DNA from: Gemmatimonadota bacterium
GTDB lineage: Bacteria; Gemmatimonadota; Gemmatimonadetes; Gemmatimonadales; GWC2-71-9
Reading direction: 5' to 3'
NCBI GenBank assembly: GCA_036679645.1
Contig: JAZDCY010000014.1
Coordinates: 224,001 to 288,000, forward strand
Length of the DNA: 64,000 nt
The translations under genes and the position numbers were made by a program. The notes below the pieces were generated by a model, which ran no database searches, was not told the DNA's origin, and worked only from the letters and a program-made list of their open reading frames with translations. This document shows, piece by piece, positions 1 to 9,689 of the stretch. Numbering within the stretch: the first letter of the stretch is position 1; each line of letters starts with the position of its first letter.

Positions 1-205
1 CGTAGCGATCGAGCCAGAGCGTGACCGTGGGGCGCGACACCCCCAGCTGCGCACAAATGACATTGCCCGACTCACCGGCGGCGGACGCCAGAACAATCCG
101 GGCGCGTTCCACCACGCGGTGGGGGGTGGTGCGCGAGCGCGTCAGCCGCTCCAACTGCTTCCGATCCCCTCGCCGCAATCGGATCACCCGAACTGGAAGT
201 GGCAT
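1..205 (-). CDS. IS630-family transposase, N-terminal HTH (partial)
   Basis: My translation, not in the ORF track: MPLPVRVIRLRRGDRKQLERLTRSRTTPHRVVERARIVLASAAGESGNVICAQLGVSRPTVTLWLDRY. The RARIVL...LGVSRPTV..W..RY pattern is typical of IS630. Confidence 0.8.
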   Translation of the reverse strand, partial: MPLPVRVIRLRRGDRKQLERLTRSRTTPHRVVERARIVLASAAGESGNVICAQLGVSRPTVTLWLDRY

Positions 206-262
206 GCACCAAGATAGGCTCCCCGTGAACATTATACAAGACACTTTAGCGACACTACACTA
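1..262 (-). mobile_element. IS630-family insertion sequence, left end (truncated by window edge)
   Basis: The minus strand begins at the TA of CTAG (260-263) with GTGTAGTGTCGCTAAAGTG, followed by a transposase-like ORF. IS630 elements insert at TA, often within CTAG. Confidence 0.75.
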
Positions 263-1072
263 GGAGGTGGGAGCGGGAGCCAGGACCGGTCCCTGTTTCG
301 CCTTCTCCTCTTGGTAGATTCCGTACGCGTCGGCGACGCCGGCGGCTTCGTGCACCACGGCGCGCACGGCGCGGATCATGCCTACCGGGCAGTCCGACTG
401 GAAGATGTTCCGGCCCATGTCAACGCCCGAGGCGCCCGCGCTTATGGCGTTGAAAGCCAACTCGACAGCATCCCGCTCGGGAATCTTCTTGCCGCCCGCG
501 ATCACTACCGGAACCGGCGTGTCCCGCACGATCTTCTCGAACCCGTCGCAGAAGTAGGTCTTGACCATCTGCGCTCCCAACTCGGCGCAGATACGGCACG
601 CGAGACCGAGGTAGCGTTGATCGCGCACCATGTCCTTCCCCACCGCGGTGACCGCGAGTACGGGCAGGCCGTACTTGTACCCCTCGTCGACCAGCTTCGC
701 CAAATTAAGCAGCGTGGTCCGTTCACCGTCGGCGCCCACGAACACCGAGAGCGTGATCGCCGAGGCGTTCACACGCAGGGCGTCATCCATCGCGACGGTG
801 AGGCCCTCGTCGGACAACTCGCGCAGCACGCTCGTACCACCGGACATCCGGAGCACGATCGGGATGTCGGTCTGAGGCGGCACGCACGTTCTGAGGATGC
901 CGCGCGTCAGCATCAGCGAATCGGCATGTGGCAGCAACGGCTCGATGGTCTTGCCCGGCTGCTCGAGCCCCGAGGTGGGGCCCAGAAAATAGCCGTGATC
1001 GATCGCCAGCATGACGGTGCGGCCGGTCTCCTGGAAGATCCGGCTCATCCTGTTGTGCATTCCCCAATCCAT
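260..1072 (-). CDS. lsrF: LsrF-type class I aldolase-fold thiolase
   Basis: MDWGM..R..RIF..GRTVMLAIDHGYF.GPT.GLE start; ACRICAELGA; PVVIAGGKK; GVDMGRNIFQS. Confidence 0.9.
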   Translation of the reverse strand: MDWGMHNRMSRIFQETGRTVMLAIDHGYFLGPTSGLEQPGKTIEPLLPHADSLMLTRGILRTCVPPQTDIPIVLRMSGGTSVLRELSDEGLTVAMDDALRVNASAITLSVFVGADGERTTLLNLAKLVDEGYKYGLPVLAVTAVGKDMVRDQRYLGLACRICAELGAQMVKTYFCDGFEKIVRDTPVPVVIAGGKKIPERDAVELAFNAISAGASGVDMGRNIFQSDCPVGMIRAVRAVVHEAAGVADAYGIYQEEKAKQGPVLAPAPTS

Positions 1073-1193
1073 CGTCTCACCTCTCCGGGATAGCGCCTAC
1101 TCGCCTCCGAATATACTCATGCCCCCGCAACCGACCACCACGAACCACCAACGATCCCTCGCCACCTCAGTGTCATCGGGTTAAAACAAGATC

Positions 1194-1985
1194 ATGAACC
1201 CGCTCGTGGACCTCACTGCGCGCCCAATCATCGCGCACCGCGGCGCATCTGCGGAAGCCCCGGAGAACACCATGCCGGCCTTCGAGTTGGCGGTCGAGCA
1301 GGGAGCTGACGCGATCGAGTTTGATATTCAGGTAACGGCAGACGGGATACCGGTCGTCATGCATGACCCCATGCTAGAGCGCACGACCAACCGGAGCGGC
1401 GCCGTCGCCGCCCACACACTGTCCCAGCTCCGGGTTGCGGACGCTGGCGCACAGTTTTCTCCAGACCATGGCCAGTCATTCCCGTGGCGCGATCGAGGCG
1501 CCCGGATTCCCACGCTCGCAGAGGTTGTTGATGCGTTCGCACTCCCACTCCTAATCGAACTCAAGACTCCACGCGCGCAAGACGCGGTGCGCCAGGTGCT
1601 CCAGCAGCACGGCGCCACTGACCGCTGCGTGATCGCCGCGGCGGACGCGAACGCAACTACCGCGTTGCGGGATTCCCCATTCCTTCTGGGGGCGTCCCGG
1701 CGCGACATCGTCCGGCTTCTTCTCCGTACCTATTTCAGGATACCCGTTGGCAACATTCACTACAGCGCGCTGTCTGTTCCGGAACGCCATCGCCGCCTAC
1801 CGATTGCCACGAGGGGTTTCGTCATGGCAGCGCGTCGCCTGGGCTGTCCCGTCCACGTGTGGACGGTCGACGAACCGACGACGGTACGCGCGCTATGGAA
1901 ACGGGGGGTAGCTGGGATCGTTACGAACGTGCCCGGCGTCATGCGCGAGATTCGCGACACCATGCCTCGCACCGCACCCCCCTAG
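1194..1985 (+). CDS. Glycerophosphodiester phosphodiesterase
   Basis: IIAHRGAS..APENT, IEFDIQ.T.DG.PVVMHD, IELK, VHVWTVD motifs. Confidence 0.9.
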   Translation: MNPLVDLTARPIIAHRGASAEAPENTMPAFELAVEQGADAIEFDIQVTADGIPVVMHDPMLERTTNRSGAVAAHTLSQLRVADAGAQFSPDHGQSFPWRDRGARIPTLAEVVDAFALPLLIELKTPRAQDAVRQVLQQHGATDRCVIAAADANATTALRDSPFLLGASRRDIVRLLLRTYFRIPVGNIHYSALSVPERHRRLPIATRGFVMAARRLGCPVHVWTVDEPTTVRALWKRGVAGIVTNVPGVMREIRDTMPRTAPP

Positions 1986-2044
1986 CCACCCGGGTCGTCC
2001 CCGTAGCATCTTTCCGACCGCACCCAGCCTGGAGCCTCCCACAC

Positions 2045-4978
2045 GTGGCCGAGATCACCGAGCACCTCTCCAAGGCACTGGCGGGCCGCTACACCGTCGA
2101 GCGCGAGCTAGGGGCGGGCGGCATGGCCACTGTGTACCTGGCGCACGACGTCAAGCACAACCGCAAGGTCGCGATCAAGGTGCTGCGCCCGGAGCTGGCG
2201 GCGGCCATCGGGGCGGAGCGGTTCCTCAAGGAGATCGAGGTCACCGCCAACCTGCAGCATCCGCACATCCTGCCGCTCTTCGATTCTGGGGAAGCCGATT
2301 CGCTCGTCTACTATGTCATGCCGTTCGTCGAAGGCGAATCGCTACGCGACCGACTCAACAGAGACGGACCGCTCCCCATAGCAGACGCTCTTGCCATCAC
2401 GAAGGACATCGCGGCAGCGTTGACACACGCGCATGCGCACGACGTGATCCACCGCGATATCAAGCCCGATAACATCCTGCTCGAGGATGGCGAAGCGCTG
2501 GTCGCAGATTTCGGCATCGCGCTGGCCTTTTCCGCAGCGGGAAAAGCGCGGCTCACGGCGACTGGTCTCTCGCTCGGCACACCTGCGTACATGAGTCCCG
2601 AGCAGATCGGTGGAGAGCCGACGATCGATGGGCGCAGTGACGTATACGCACTGGGATGCCTGTTGTACGAGATGCTCACCGGGTCACCACCGTTCACCGG
2701 CCCCAACGCCCAAGCCATCATCGCGGCGGCGCTCGCAGATCCGGCCCCCTCCGTCCGGGACCGCCGGGCGGACATCCCAGCGGCAATCGACGTCGCCATC
2801 ACGACGGCGTTAGCCAAGCGGCCCGAAGGCCGTTTCGAGAGCCCCCGAGCCTTCTACGATGCGTGTCGCGTATCGGAGACAGTAGTGCCGACAGGGCGAC
2901 CGCTCGCGAGACTGGGAGTTGGAGTCGCGGTTTTCGTCCTGGCGATCGCGGCATTCTTGAGTTGGGGCACTGCGCGCGTGTCAAAGGCGCGAGCGTCGCT
3001 CGCCGAGATCGCGTCGCTCGCTGCGGACGGCAACTACGTCGATGCATATGACCGAGCGGTGCGCGCCGAGCGGGTCCTGGGGGACGATAGCGTCCTCGCC
3101 GACCTCATGTTCGAGGTATCCGATCTTCTCAGCGTCACGACCGAACCGGCGGGGGCAAGCGTCTTTCTCCAGCCGTACGCCGGCGGCACTGATGGGGCGC
3201 CTGACAGCCAACTCGTGGGGGTCACGCCGCTGCGCCACCACCGCGTGCCGCGCATTGACCACCGCGTTGTCCTCGCGCTGGTCGGATTTCAAGCGGTGGA
3301 GCGCATCGCGAGCAGCGCTCTCGATCGGAGTATGAGACGGTATGCTGACAGCAGTCAGACAATCCGTCTGGCTCTCACGCTCCAACCGCTCGATAAGGGG
3401 CATGAGGGCCTGGTGTTCGTGCCGGGTGGCGAGTACACCATGACGAGCCCCGACATACCTCCCGGTCTCTCGGCAAGGCTCGATGATTTCCTCATCGATC
3501 GCTTCGAGGTGACCAATGCCGCGTACCAGAGGTTCGTAATGGAAAGCGGATACGCCAACCCGACGTACTGGTCTGGTGCCAACTCAACCGTCCGCTCCAC
3601 GCTGGTCGATCGCACGGGACTTCCGGGCCCCAGACATTGGGTCGGCCAAGCCTTCCCCGATGGGAAAGATCGATACCCAGTCACGGGCATCACGTGGCTC
3701 GAGGCCACCGCGTACTGTCGCTCGGTCGGCAAGCGGCTTCCTACGGTGTACGAATGGGAAAAGACGGCGCGCGACGGTCGGGTGTCGCTTGGCGTGCTGA
3801 TGCCGTGGGGCTACATGAGTTCCACCGGCCCGAGTGTCGGTCGCGCCAACTTCGCAGGCAGCGGATCGATGCCGGTCGACGCGTTCCCGTTTGGTATCAG
3901 CCCGTACGGAGCGTACGCGATGGCCGGCAACGTCAAGGAATGGACCGCCAACCCGATGGGTGACGGATACGTCGTCACGGGAGGATCGTGGGAAGACCCC
4001 GCCTATCTCTACACTGAATTCGGTTCTCAGCCCGCATCGCACTCGTCGATGGCCCTCGGGTTCCGCTGCGCGCGGACGGTCAGCGAGGCTCGGGCAGCGC
4101 AGGGGGAAGAACGGATCGAATTCGAGTTGCGGACCCCAGTATACAGTCCCGTAGACCGCACCGCATTTCGTTCGCTCCTCGCACATTATCGGTACGACCC
4201 GCGCCCGGCAAACGCGCGCATGATAGAGAGCGCCGAGACCGAGGGATGGACTCGAGAGCGGATTTGGATAGATGGCGTCGAAAGCGACTCCGTGCTGTTG
4301 TACTTCTATACTCCCACAGGCACCCCGCCCCCGTTTCAGACGATCGTGTTCGTGCCTGGCAGTGACGCGTTCTGCTGCCGTACGCTCGTGGAGCACGTCG
4401 AGTGGGCCATCGGACCTGCCATTCGTGCTGGGCGGGCCGTGCTGGCCGTGGTGCTCGAGGGCATGGTGGAACGCGGCTGGGGACCGGGGTACACCCGGCC
4501 TCCAACCAACTCCGTCCGCTTTCGCGACCAGATGGTCCGTCATGCCACAGAGCTGCGCCTCGGCATGGATTATCTCGCAACACGCGGCGACGTGAACATG
4601 GACCTACTCGCCTACGTCGCGGTGAGCTTCGGGGCCGGCTCACGCCTCGGTTTCGCCGCGGTCGACGATCGGTACAAGGCAGTCGTGTTCATTGGTGGCG
4701 GCATTGACGAACGCATGAAGCCGACGCTGCCTGAAGCCGACAACGTCAACTTCGCCCCCTATATAGATGTGCCCAAGCTCCTACTCAACGGACGGAACGA
4801 CGAGGAGCACCCGTGGCTCACACGCGCACTACCGTTATGGAATCTGCTCTCGGAACCGAAGAAGCTGGTCCTAGTAGACGGGGCTGGCCATGTGCCGCCG
4901 CTGGAGGCGCGCATCCCGGCTATCAACGATTTCCTGGATGAGACGCTGGGACCGGTGCAGGCGCATAGGCGCCCTTGA
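2045..4978 (+). CDS. Ser/Thr protein kinase fused to PEGA-like, FGE-sulfatase (SUMF1) and alpha/beta-hydrolase domains
   Basis: Kinase motifs GAGGMATVY, HRDIKPDN, DFG, YMSPE; a TM segment; FGE motifs FEVTNAAY, RLPT..EWEK, MAGNVKEW, GFRC; hydrolase AVSFG...D...GAGH. Probable start is GTG at 2045. Confidence 0.88.
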   Translation: MAEITEHLSKALAGRYTVERELGAGGMATVYLAHDVKHNRKVAIKVLRPELAAAIGAERFLKEIEVTANLQHPHILPLFDSGEADSLVYYVMPFVEGESLRDRLNRDGPLPIADALAITKDIAAALTHAHAHDVIHRDIKPDNILLEDGEALVADFGIALAFSAAGKARLTATGLSLGTPAYMSPEQIGGEPTIDGRSDVYALGCLLYEMLTGSPPFTGPNAQAIIAAALADPAPSVRDRRADIPAAIDVAITTALAKRPEGRFESPRAFYDACRVSETVVPTGRPLARLGVGVAVFVLAIAAFLSWGTARVSKARASLAEIASLAADGNYVDAYDRAVRAERVLGDDSVLADLMFEVSDLLSVTTEPAGASVFLQPYAGGTDGAPDSQLVGVTPLRHHRVPRIDHRVVLALVGFQAVERIASSALDRSMRRYADSSQTIRLALTLQPLDKGHEGLVFVPGGEYTMTSPDIPPGLSARLDDFLIDRFEVTNAAYQRFVMESGYANPTYWSGANSTVRSTLVDRTGLPGPRHWVGQAFPDGKDRYPVTGITWLEATAYCRSVGKRLPTVYEWEKTARDGRVSLGVLMPWGYMSSTGPSVGRANFAGSGSMPVDAFPFGISPYGAYAMAGNVKEWTANPMGDGYVVTGGSWEDPAYLYTEFGSQPASHSSMALGFRCARTVSEARAAQGEERIEFELRTPVYSPVDRTAFRSLLAHYRYDPRPANARMIESAETEGWTRERIWIDGVESDSVLLYFYTPTGTPPPFQTIVFVPGSDAFCCRTLVEHVEWAIGPAIRAGRAVLAVVLEGMVERGWGPGYTRPPTNSVRFRDQMVRHATELRLGMDYLATRGDVNMDLLAYVAVSFGAGSRLGFAAVDDRYKAVVFIGGGIDERMKPTLPEADNVNFAPYIDVPKLLLNGRNDEEHPWLTRALPLWNLLSEPKKLVLVDGAGHVPPLEARIPAINDFLDETLGPVQAHRRP

Positions 4979-5112
4979 GGAAACTGCCAGCGGCGCGCCT
5001 CCTCCACGGCGCGGCGTGAGATCAGTAGTGGTAAGGCGGCAACCGTGCTCCCTGGACGTTTATGCTAGCGTATTATATGTTTCGCTATCAAATGCTACCC
5101 ATAGGCGCTTCG

Positions 5113-5337
5113 ATGGCAACAGTACAGATCAACGCCCGCATTGATGCCTCCCTGAAGAAGGCCATCGATGCATACTGCCGGTCCCGCGGAATAGTGATGA
5201 ATCATTTCGTCCAGGAAGCACTGCTCGATCGGCTGGAAGAACTCGAGGATGTTGAGGACCTCAAGGCGCTGCGCCACGAACCGACCCGGCCGCTTTCCGA
5301 CGTGCTCGCCGAACTGAAACTCGATGGCCGTCTATAG
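5113..5337 (+). CDS. RHH-type antitoxin (RelB-like)
   Basis: MATVQINARID RHH-like start, acidic LEELEDVED tail, overlaps the toxin gene. Confidence 0.75.
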   Translation: MATVQINARIDASLKKAIDAYCRSRGIVMNHFVQEALLDRLEELEDVEDLKALRHEPTRPLSDVLAELKLDGRL

Positions 5338-5584
5338 CATCGAGATCAGTCGCACCGCTGAGAAACAACTCAAGAAGCTCCGCCGTGACGATCAGCGTCG
5401 TGTTGTAAGAGCCATTCTCGCCCTGAGCGGCGACCCACGCCCCCAAGGATCTCGCAAGTTGACGGGATACGATGACGTCTTTCGCATCCGCGTAGGTCGC
5501 TATCGAGTCTTGTATAGTGTCTCAGGTACAAAACTCATCGTCATCGTCCTGAAGATCGGTCATCGTAAAGACGTCTATCGCTAG
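5324..5584 (+). CDS. relE: RelE/ParE family toxin
   Basis: 86-aa basic protein, AEKQLKKL...PRPQGSRKL.G....FRIRVGRYRVLY...IGHRKDVYR. Confidence 0.9.
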   Translation: MAVYSIEISRTAEKQLKKLRRDDQRRVVRAILALSGDPRPQGSRKLTGYDDVFRIRVGRYRVLYSVSGTKLIVIVLKIGHRKDVYR

Positions 5585-5599
5585 CTACCGCAGTCCCGC

Positions 5600-5872
5600 T
5601 CAACCGATGATGAGCCGTCCGATACCGAGCATGGTGGCCACGGTCCCGAGCCAGAACAGGAACATCCACTTGATCAGCTCTGCCTCGAGCTCGGCCATGC
5701 GCTGTTCGAGCTTGGCGTCGAACCGCTGGAAGTTCTGCTCGTTCATTTCGCGCAGCTCGGCCCTGAACGTGGCGTCCATGTCGTTCAACAGCCCCACCAG
5801 CTCGTCGACGACCTTGTCGCCGAGCCGGTCGTAGAATTCGCGGGACAGCTTCCCGGTTACGGGCGTGTCCCA
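5600..5872 (-). CDS. Small coiled-coil protein with C-terminal TM helix (DUF1640-like); start uncertain
   Basis: FQRFDAKLEQRMAELEAELIKWMFLFWLG: coiled coil followed by a hydrophobic tail. Confidence 0.55.
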   Translation of the reverse strand, partial: WDTPVTGKLSREFYDRLGDKVVDELVGLLNDMDATFRAELREMNEQNFQRFDAKLEQRMAELEAELIKWMFLFWLGTVATMLGIGRLIIG

Positions 5873-5964
5873 CACGATAATGTACGCTCGGCCTTGCCTC
5901 GTGATCAAATCAACGCGGCAGACGAGCGGGAATATGCCGGGGCCGACCGTCGGAGAGCAGTTTC

Positions 5965-6393
5965 CTAGGAGGAGCCTTCAGCAGCCTCGAGCATCACCGC
6001 AGCGATCAGATCGTACGCGTCCCCCCACGCCCGCTGCACGTCTGGAGTGAAGGTAGGCCCGAGCGTTTGGGCGAGTGCCCACATGAGGGCGTCTCGCACG
6101 ATCGGGTAGTGCTCTGGCTTGGCGCCGTATGCCACGTGATCGCGACCGAGCCGCTCCATGGCCGGGCGCACCCGCTCCAACAAATAGAGTCCGTGCACCA
6201 TATGAGCGAGGGTGTCCATGAACTTCTTGCCCTGCTCCGCCATGTCGTGCGTGAACAACTGCCGAACGGAAGGATCCAGCTCAAACAGACGCGCATAGAA
6301 GCGCTCGGCCGCCGCCTCTTGCTTTGGCAAGAGGGCTGTCAAACTGGAGCGGACGAGGTCGAGCTTGTCGGTTCGTAACGGCGCCCAACTCAT
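5965..6393 (-). CDS. Single-domain globin (flavohemoglobin-like globin domain)
   Basis: FYARLFELDPSVRQLF, QGKKFM, LGRDHVAYG.KPEHY, AW.DAY. Start ATG at 6393. Confidence 0.88.
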   Translation of the reverse strand: MSWAPLRTDKLDLVRSSLTALLPKQEAAAERFYARLFELDPSVRQLFTHDMAEQGKKFMDTLAHMVHGLYLLERVRPAMERLGRDHVAYGAKPEHYPIVRDALMWALAQTLGPTFTPDVQRAWGDAYDLIAAVMLEAAEGSS

Positions 6394-6464
6394 CGTGACC
6401 TGCCTAGGAGTGCTGCGCCCCCAAAGATGCGGCTCGCGTCGAGCGGAAGGAAGACCCGAAGGAT

Positions 6465-6487
6465 TGACCCGCGGGTAAACCCGCGGC
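6465..6487. repeat. REP-like palindrome TGACCCGCGGGTAAACCCGCGGC (copy 1)
   Basis: Identical 23-mer at 9547-9569; internal hairpin CCGCGGGT-A-ACCCGCGG. Confidence 0.7.
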
Positions 6488-6556
6488 ACCGACCCTACCG
6501 CCTCGAGTCTCCTGACCCCATCTTCTTGAACGGCCATCCTCGCTCCGGAGTGACCC

Positions 6557-9478
6557 ATGGCTCAGATCATCGACCGCCTCACCGCTGCCCTCGCCGACCG
6601 CTACAGAATCCAGCGGGAGATCGGCAGTGGTGGCATGGCCACGGTCTACCTTGCGGAGGATCTGAAGCATCACCGCCAGGTAGCGGTCAAGGTGCTGCGG
6701 CCGGATCTTGCCGCAGCGTTGGGGTCGGAACGGTTTCTGCGGGAGATCGAAGTCGCCGCGCGGCTCATGCATCCCCACATCCTGCCGCTGCACGACTCGG
6801 GCGAGGCCGACGGCTTTCTCTTCTACGTGATGCCGTACGTCGCAGGCGAGTCGCTACGCGCCCGATTGGAGCGCGAGCACGAACTGCCCATCGGTGAGGC
6901 GGTTCGCATCCTGCGCGACGTGGTCGACGCGCTCGCCTCCGCACATCGCCACGGCGTCGTGCATCGGGATATCAAACCCGACAACGTGTTGATGAGCGAG
7001 GGCCACGCGCTGGTGACGGATTTCGGCGTGGCCAAGGCGGTGAGCGAGGCCACCGGCCGCGGGCAGATCACCACCGCGGGCGTGGCACTGGGTACGCCGG
7101 CGTACATGGCACCCGAGCAGGCATCGGCAGATCCCAACATCGACCAGCGCGTGGACATCTACGCGGTGGGCGTAATGGCGTACGAGCTGCTCACCGGACA
7201 ACCACCGTTCACCGGCGCCACTGCGCAGGCCATCCTCTCGGCGCAGGTGATGAAGGCGCCCGAGCCCATCACGACCCATCGACAGACGGTACCGCCCGAA
7301 CTCGAGGCGATCGTGATGCGATGCCTGGAGAAGAAGCCCGCGGACCGCTGGCAAAACGCTGAGGAGCTGCTGCCGTCGTTGGAGGCCCTGACGACGTCGA
7401 GCGGTGGGATCACGCCCACGGACACGCGGCCCGTCACGGGCATCAGTGCCGCACCGATTCGGAGCAAAGGCGTATTGCTCGGTACCGGTGCATTGGTGGT
7501 GGCCGCAGCCGCGGCGGGCGGGTTCCTCCTGTTCGGCGGTGGGGAGGACCTCGATCTGGACGCGAACCTGCTCGCGATCGCGCCCTTCGACCTGGTGGCG
7601 GGCGATGAGCGCCTGGAAGACTGGCGCGAGGGGATTTCCGATATCGTCTCGCGTCACCTCGACGGCGTGGGGCCGTTGTCGACGCTTTCCACCACCGTGG
7701 CGGTGAACCGCTGGCAGGGACGGGCCGAGCCGGCGAGTGCCGCAGCGCTCGGCCGGGCAACGGGGGCGGGGTTGGTGGTGTTCGGAACGATCGTCGGGTC
7801 GGGGCCCGATTCGGCCCGCGTGCAGGCCACGATCTATGACGTGGTCGCCGGACGCGTAGTCGCCGAGACGGAGCTACGCGAGTCGCGCGACCGCGTAGAC
7901 CGGCTGGCCGATTCCTTATCCCTGCGGCTCGCCAACGCGCTCAGCGCCGAGCGCCAGTTCGGCAACGTCCGGCTCTCTCGCCTCGGCTCCACGTCGCCGG
8001 CGGCGGTCAAGGCGTTTCTCCGTGGCGAGCAACTGTTCCGTCATGCAGTGTGGGACTCGGCGGCAGCCGCGTACGAAGAAGCCACCGGACTCGACAGCAC
8101 CTTCGCGCTCGCATGGTGGCGCCTCGGGAGTGCTCGAGGGTGGGGCGCCGGAGGCGACTCGCCCGGAGCGTACCGGCGAGCCGGCGAGTTGAACCACGGC
8201 CTGCCGCCGCGTGACAGCCTGCTCATCCGCATCACCACGCTCTATACGCTTCAAGGACAGTACGACAGCGCGTGGGAGGCGAATCGTTCCGAGTATTGGC
8301 GCACGGTCCGTGGGGGCGTGCAGCGCTATCCGCAGGAACCGTGGATGTGGTACGCGCTGGGTGAAGCACAACTACACCGTGGAGTCGGTGCGGAGGAACA
8401 CCCGGACAGCGCGTACGTCGCATTCGATCGCGCGCTCGCGCTCGACTCCACCATGGTCGAGCCGCTCGTGCACGCCGTCGAGGCGGCCATGTATCGGGAC
8501 GGCGGGATCGAAGCAAGCCGCTACATCGAAGCCGCTCTGGCGACGAGTCCGGGCGAGGATGCACGCGCGGGCTGGGAGCTCACACGTGCGATCGTGGATT
8601 CCGGCCTGACAGGCGACGTGCTCACGGAGCGTCTGGCCACCATGTCCACCTCTGCGATCACGCGGGCCCACACGAATCTCACGCACTGGCCGGGCTCAGC
8701 CGATGCCGTACTAGCGGTGGCTGCGGAGAGGGCAGAGCGCGTCGGCATCTCCTTCCCGCTTGTGGGTACGCTCGCGCTGCGCGGTCGGCTGCGGGAGGCT
8801 GCCGCCGCCTCTGGCAGCATCTGGAACGGCTACCAACGCGCGGTGGCGAGTAGCTGGGGCGCCCTGCCTAGCGACACCGCGCAAGCTATCTTCGACGTGG
8901 CACTCCAACAGATTGAGGGCAACGACTCCGACGCTGACTTTCTGGGGTGGTACGCGGTACTACCCTGGCTCGCGCAACAACAGGACACCGTCCGGCTGGA
9001 ACGTGGACTCGAGGGGATCAGATCCGGGTGGCGCGAGGCACCGGACTCGATCCGGCGGCAGTTCACCCAGCGCGAGGGTTTTGCGTGGAGTGAAGCGATG
9101 GTAGCCGGCTACCTCGCCCTGGCACGTGGAGACACGGCTGGGGCACTCGACGCCCTCGCGCAGAGTCGCTTCCACCGTTTCGCCCCGGTCTTCCTGAACG
9201 AGTACCTCACGCGCGCACGCCTGCTCGCCGCCACCGGCCGCGATTCGGAGGCGCTGGCGATTCTCGAGCACGGCGGCATGGGCAGTGGCATCCCGATGGC
9301 CGAGCAGGCATTGTGGATTCTCGAACGCGGGCGCATCCACCGGCGACTCGGCAACCGCGACGAGGCGATCCGCGATTTTTCATACGTCGCGGCCATCTGG
9401 GAGACCGCGGACGACGTGTTGCAACCGCTGGTGCAGGAAGCGCGCGACGCGGTGGCGGAGTTGACGGGCGAGCGGTAG
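6557..9478 (+). CDS. Membrane Ser/Thr protein kinase with TolB-like/TPR sensor region
   Basis: GSGGMATVY, HRDIKPDN, DFG, YMAPE; TM helix; LAIAPF; TPR-like LDSTFALAW repeats. Confidence 0.88.
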   Translation: MAQIIDRLTAALADRYRIQREIGSGGMATVYLAEDLKHHRQVAVKVLRPDLAAALGSERFLREIEVAARLMHPHILPLHDSGEADGFLFYVMPYVAGESLRARLEREHELPIGEAVRILRDVVDALASAHRHGVVHRDIKPDNVLMSEGHALVTDFGVAKAVSEATGRGQITTAGVALGTPAYMAPEQASADPNIDQRVDIYAVGVMAYELLTGQPPFTGATAQAILSAQVMKAPEPITTHRQTVPPELEAIVMRCLEKKPADRWQNAEELLPSLEALTTSSGGITPTDTRPVTGISAAPIRSKGVLLGTGALVVAAAAAGGFLLFGGGEDLDLDANLLAIAPFDLVAGDERLEDWREGISDIVSRHLDGVGPLSTLSTTVAVNRWQGRAEPASAAALGRATGAGLVVFGTIVGSGPDSARVQATIYDVVAGRVVAETELRESRDRVDRLADSLSLRLANALSAERQFGNVRLSRLGSTSPAAVKAFLRGEQLFRHAVWDSAAAAYEEATGLDSTFALAWWRLGSARGWGAGGDSPGAYRRAGELNHGLPPRDSLLIRITTLYTLQGQYDSAWEANRSEYWRTVRGGVQRYPQEPWMWYALGEAQLHRGVGAEEHPDSAYVAFDRALALDSTMVEPLVHAVEAAMYRDGGIEASRYIEAALATSPGEDARAGWELTRAIVDSGLTGDVLTERLATMSTSAITRAHTNLTHWPGSADAVLAVAAERAERVGISFPLVGTLALRGRLREAAAASGSIWNGYQRAVASSWGALPSDTAQAIFDVALQQIEGNDSDADFLGWYAVLPWLAQQQDTVRLERGLEGIRSGWREAPDSIRRQFTQREGFAWSEAMVAGYLALARGDTAGALDALAQSRFHRFAPVFLNEYLTRARLLAATGRDSEALAILEHGGMGSGIPMAEQALWILERGRIHRRLGNRDEAIRDFSYVAAIWETADDVLQPLVQEARDAVAELTGER

Positions 9479-9484
9479 AAGCCA

Positions 9485-9647
9485 GCGGCTTCATGCCGCC
9501 GATCCTCGCCGCGACGATGCACTGCCCGAACTTCGGCTGCGTGAGATGACCCGCGGGTAAACCCGCGGCTCGGCTCTTCCGCTAAAGCGGATTGAGGCGC
9601 GGCCGATTCATCGGCAGAGCCCAGCGGCGGCTTCATGCCGCCGATCC
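9485..9647. repeat. REP/BIME-like cluster
   Basis: GCGGCTTCATGCCGCCGATCC at 9485-9505 and 9627-9647 flanks the 23-mer at 9547-9569. Confidence 0.7.
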
Positions 9648-9689
9648 AACCATATCGCAATGACACTATCTTTCAAGTAATTTCATAAT

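Noticed and set aside
21..263. 80-aa + strand ORF
   Set aside because: It is the antisense shadow of the IS630 transposase.
260..1072. Complete AI-2 (lsr) operon
   Set aside because: Only lsrF is visible; no lsrK, lsrG or transporter genes are in the window.
5062..5908. TA pair as a prophage or island marker
   Set aside because: No phage, integrase or att features are nearby.
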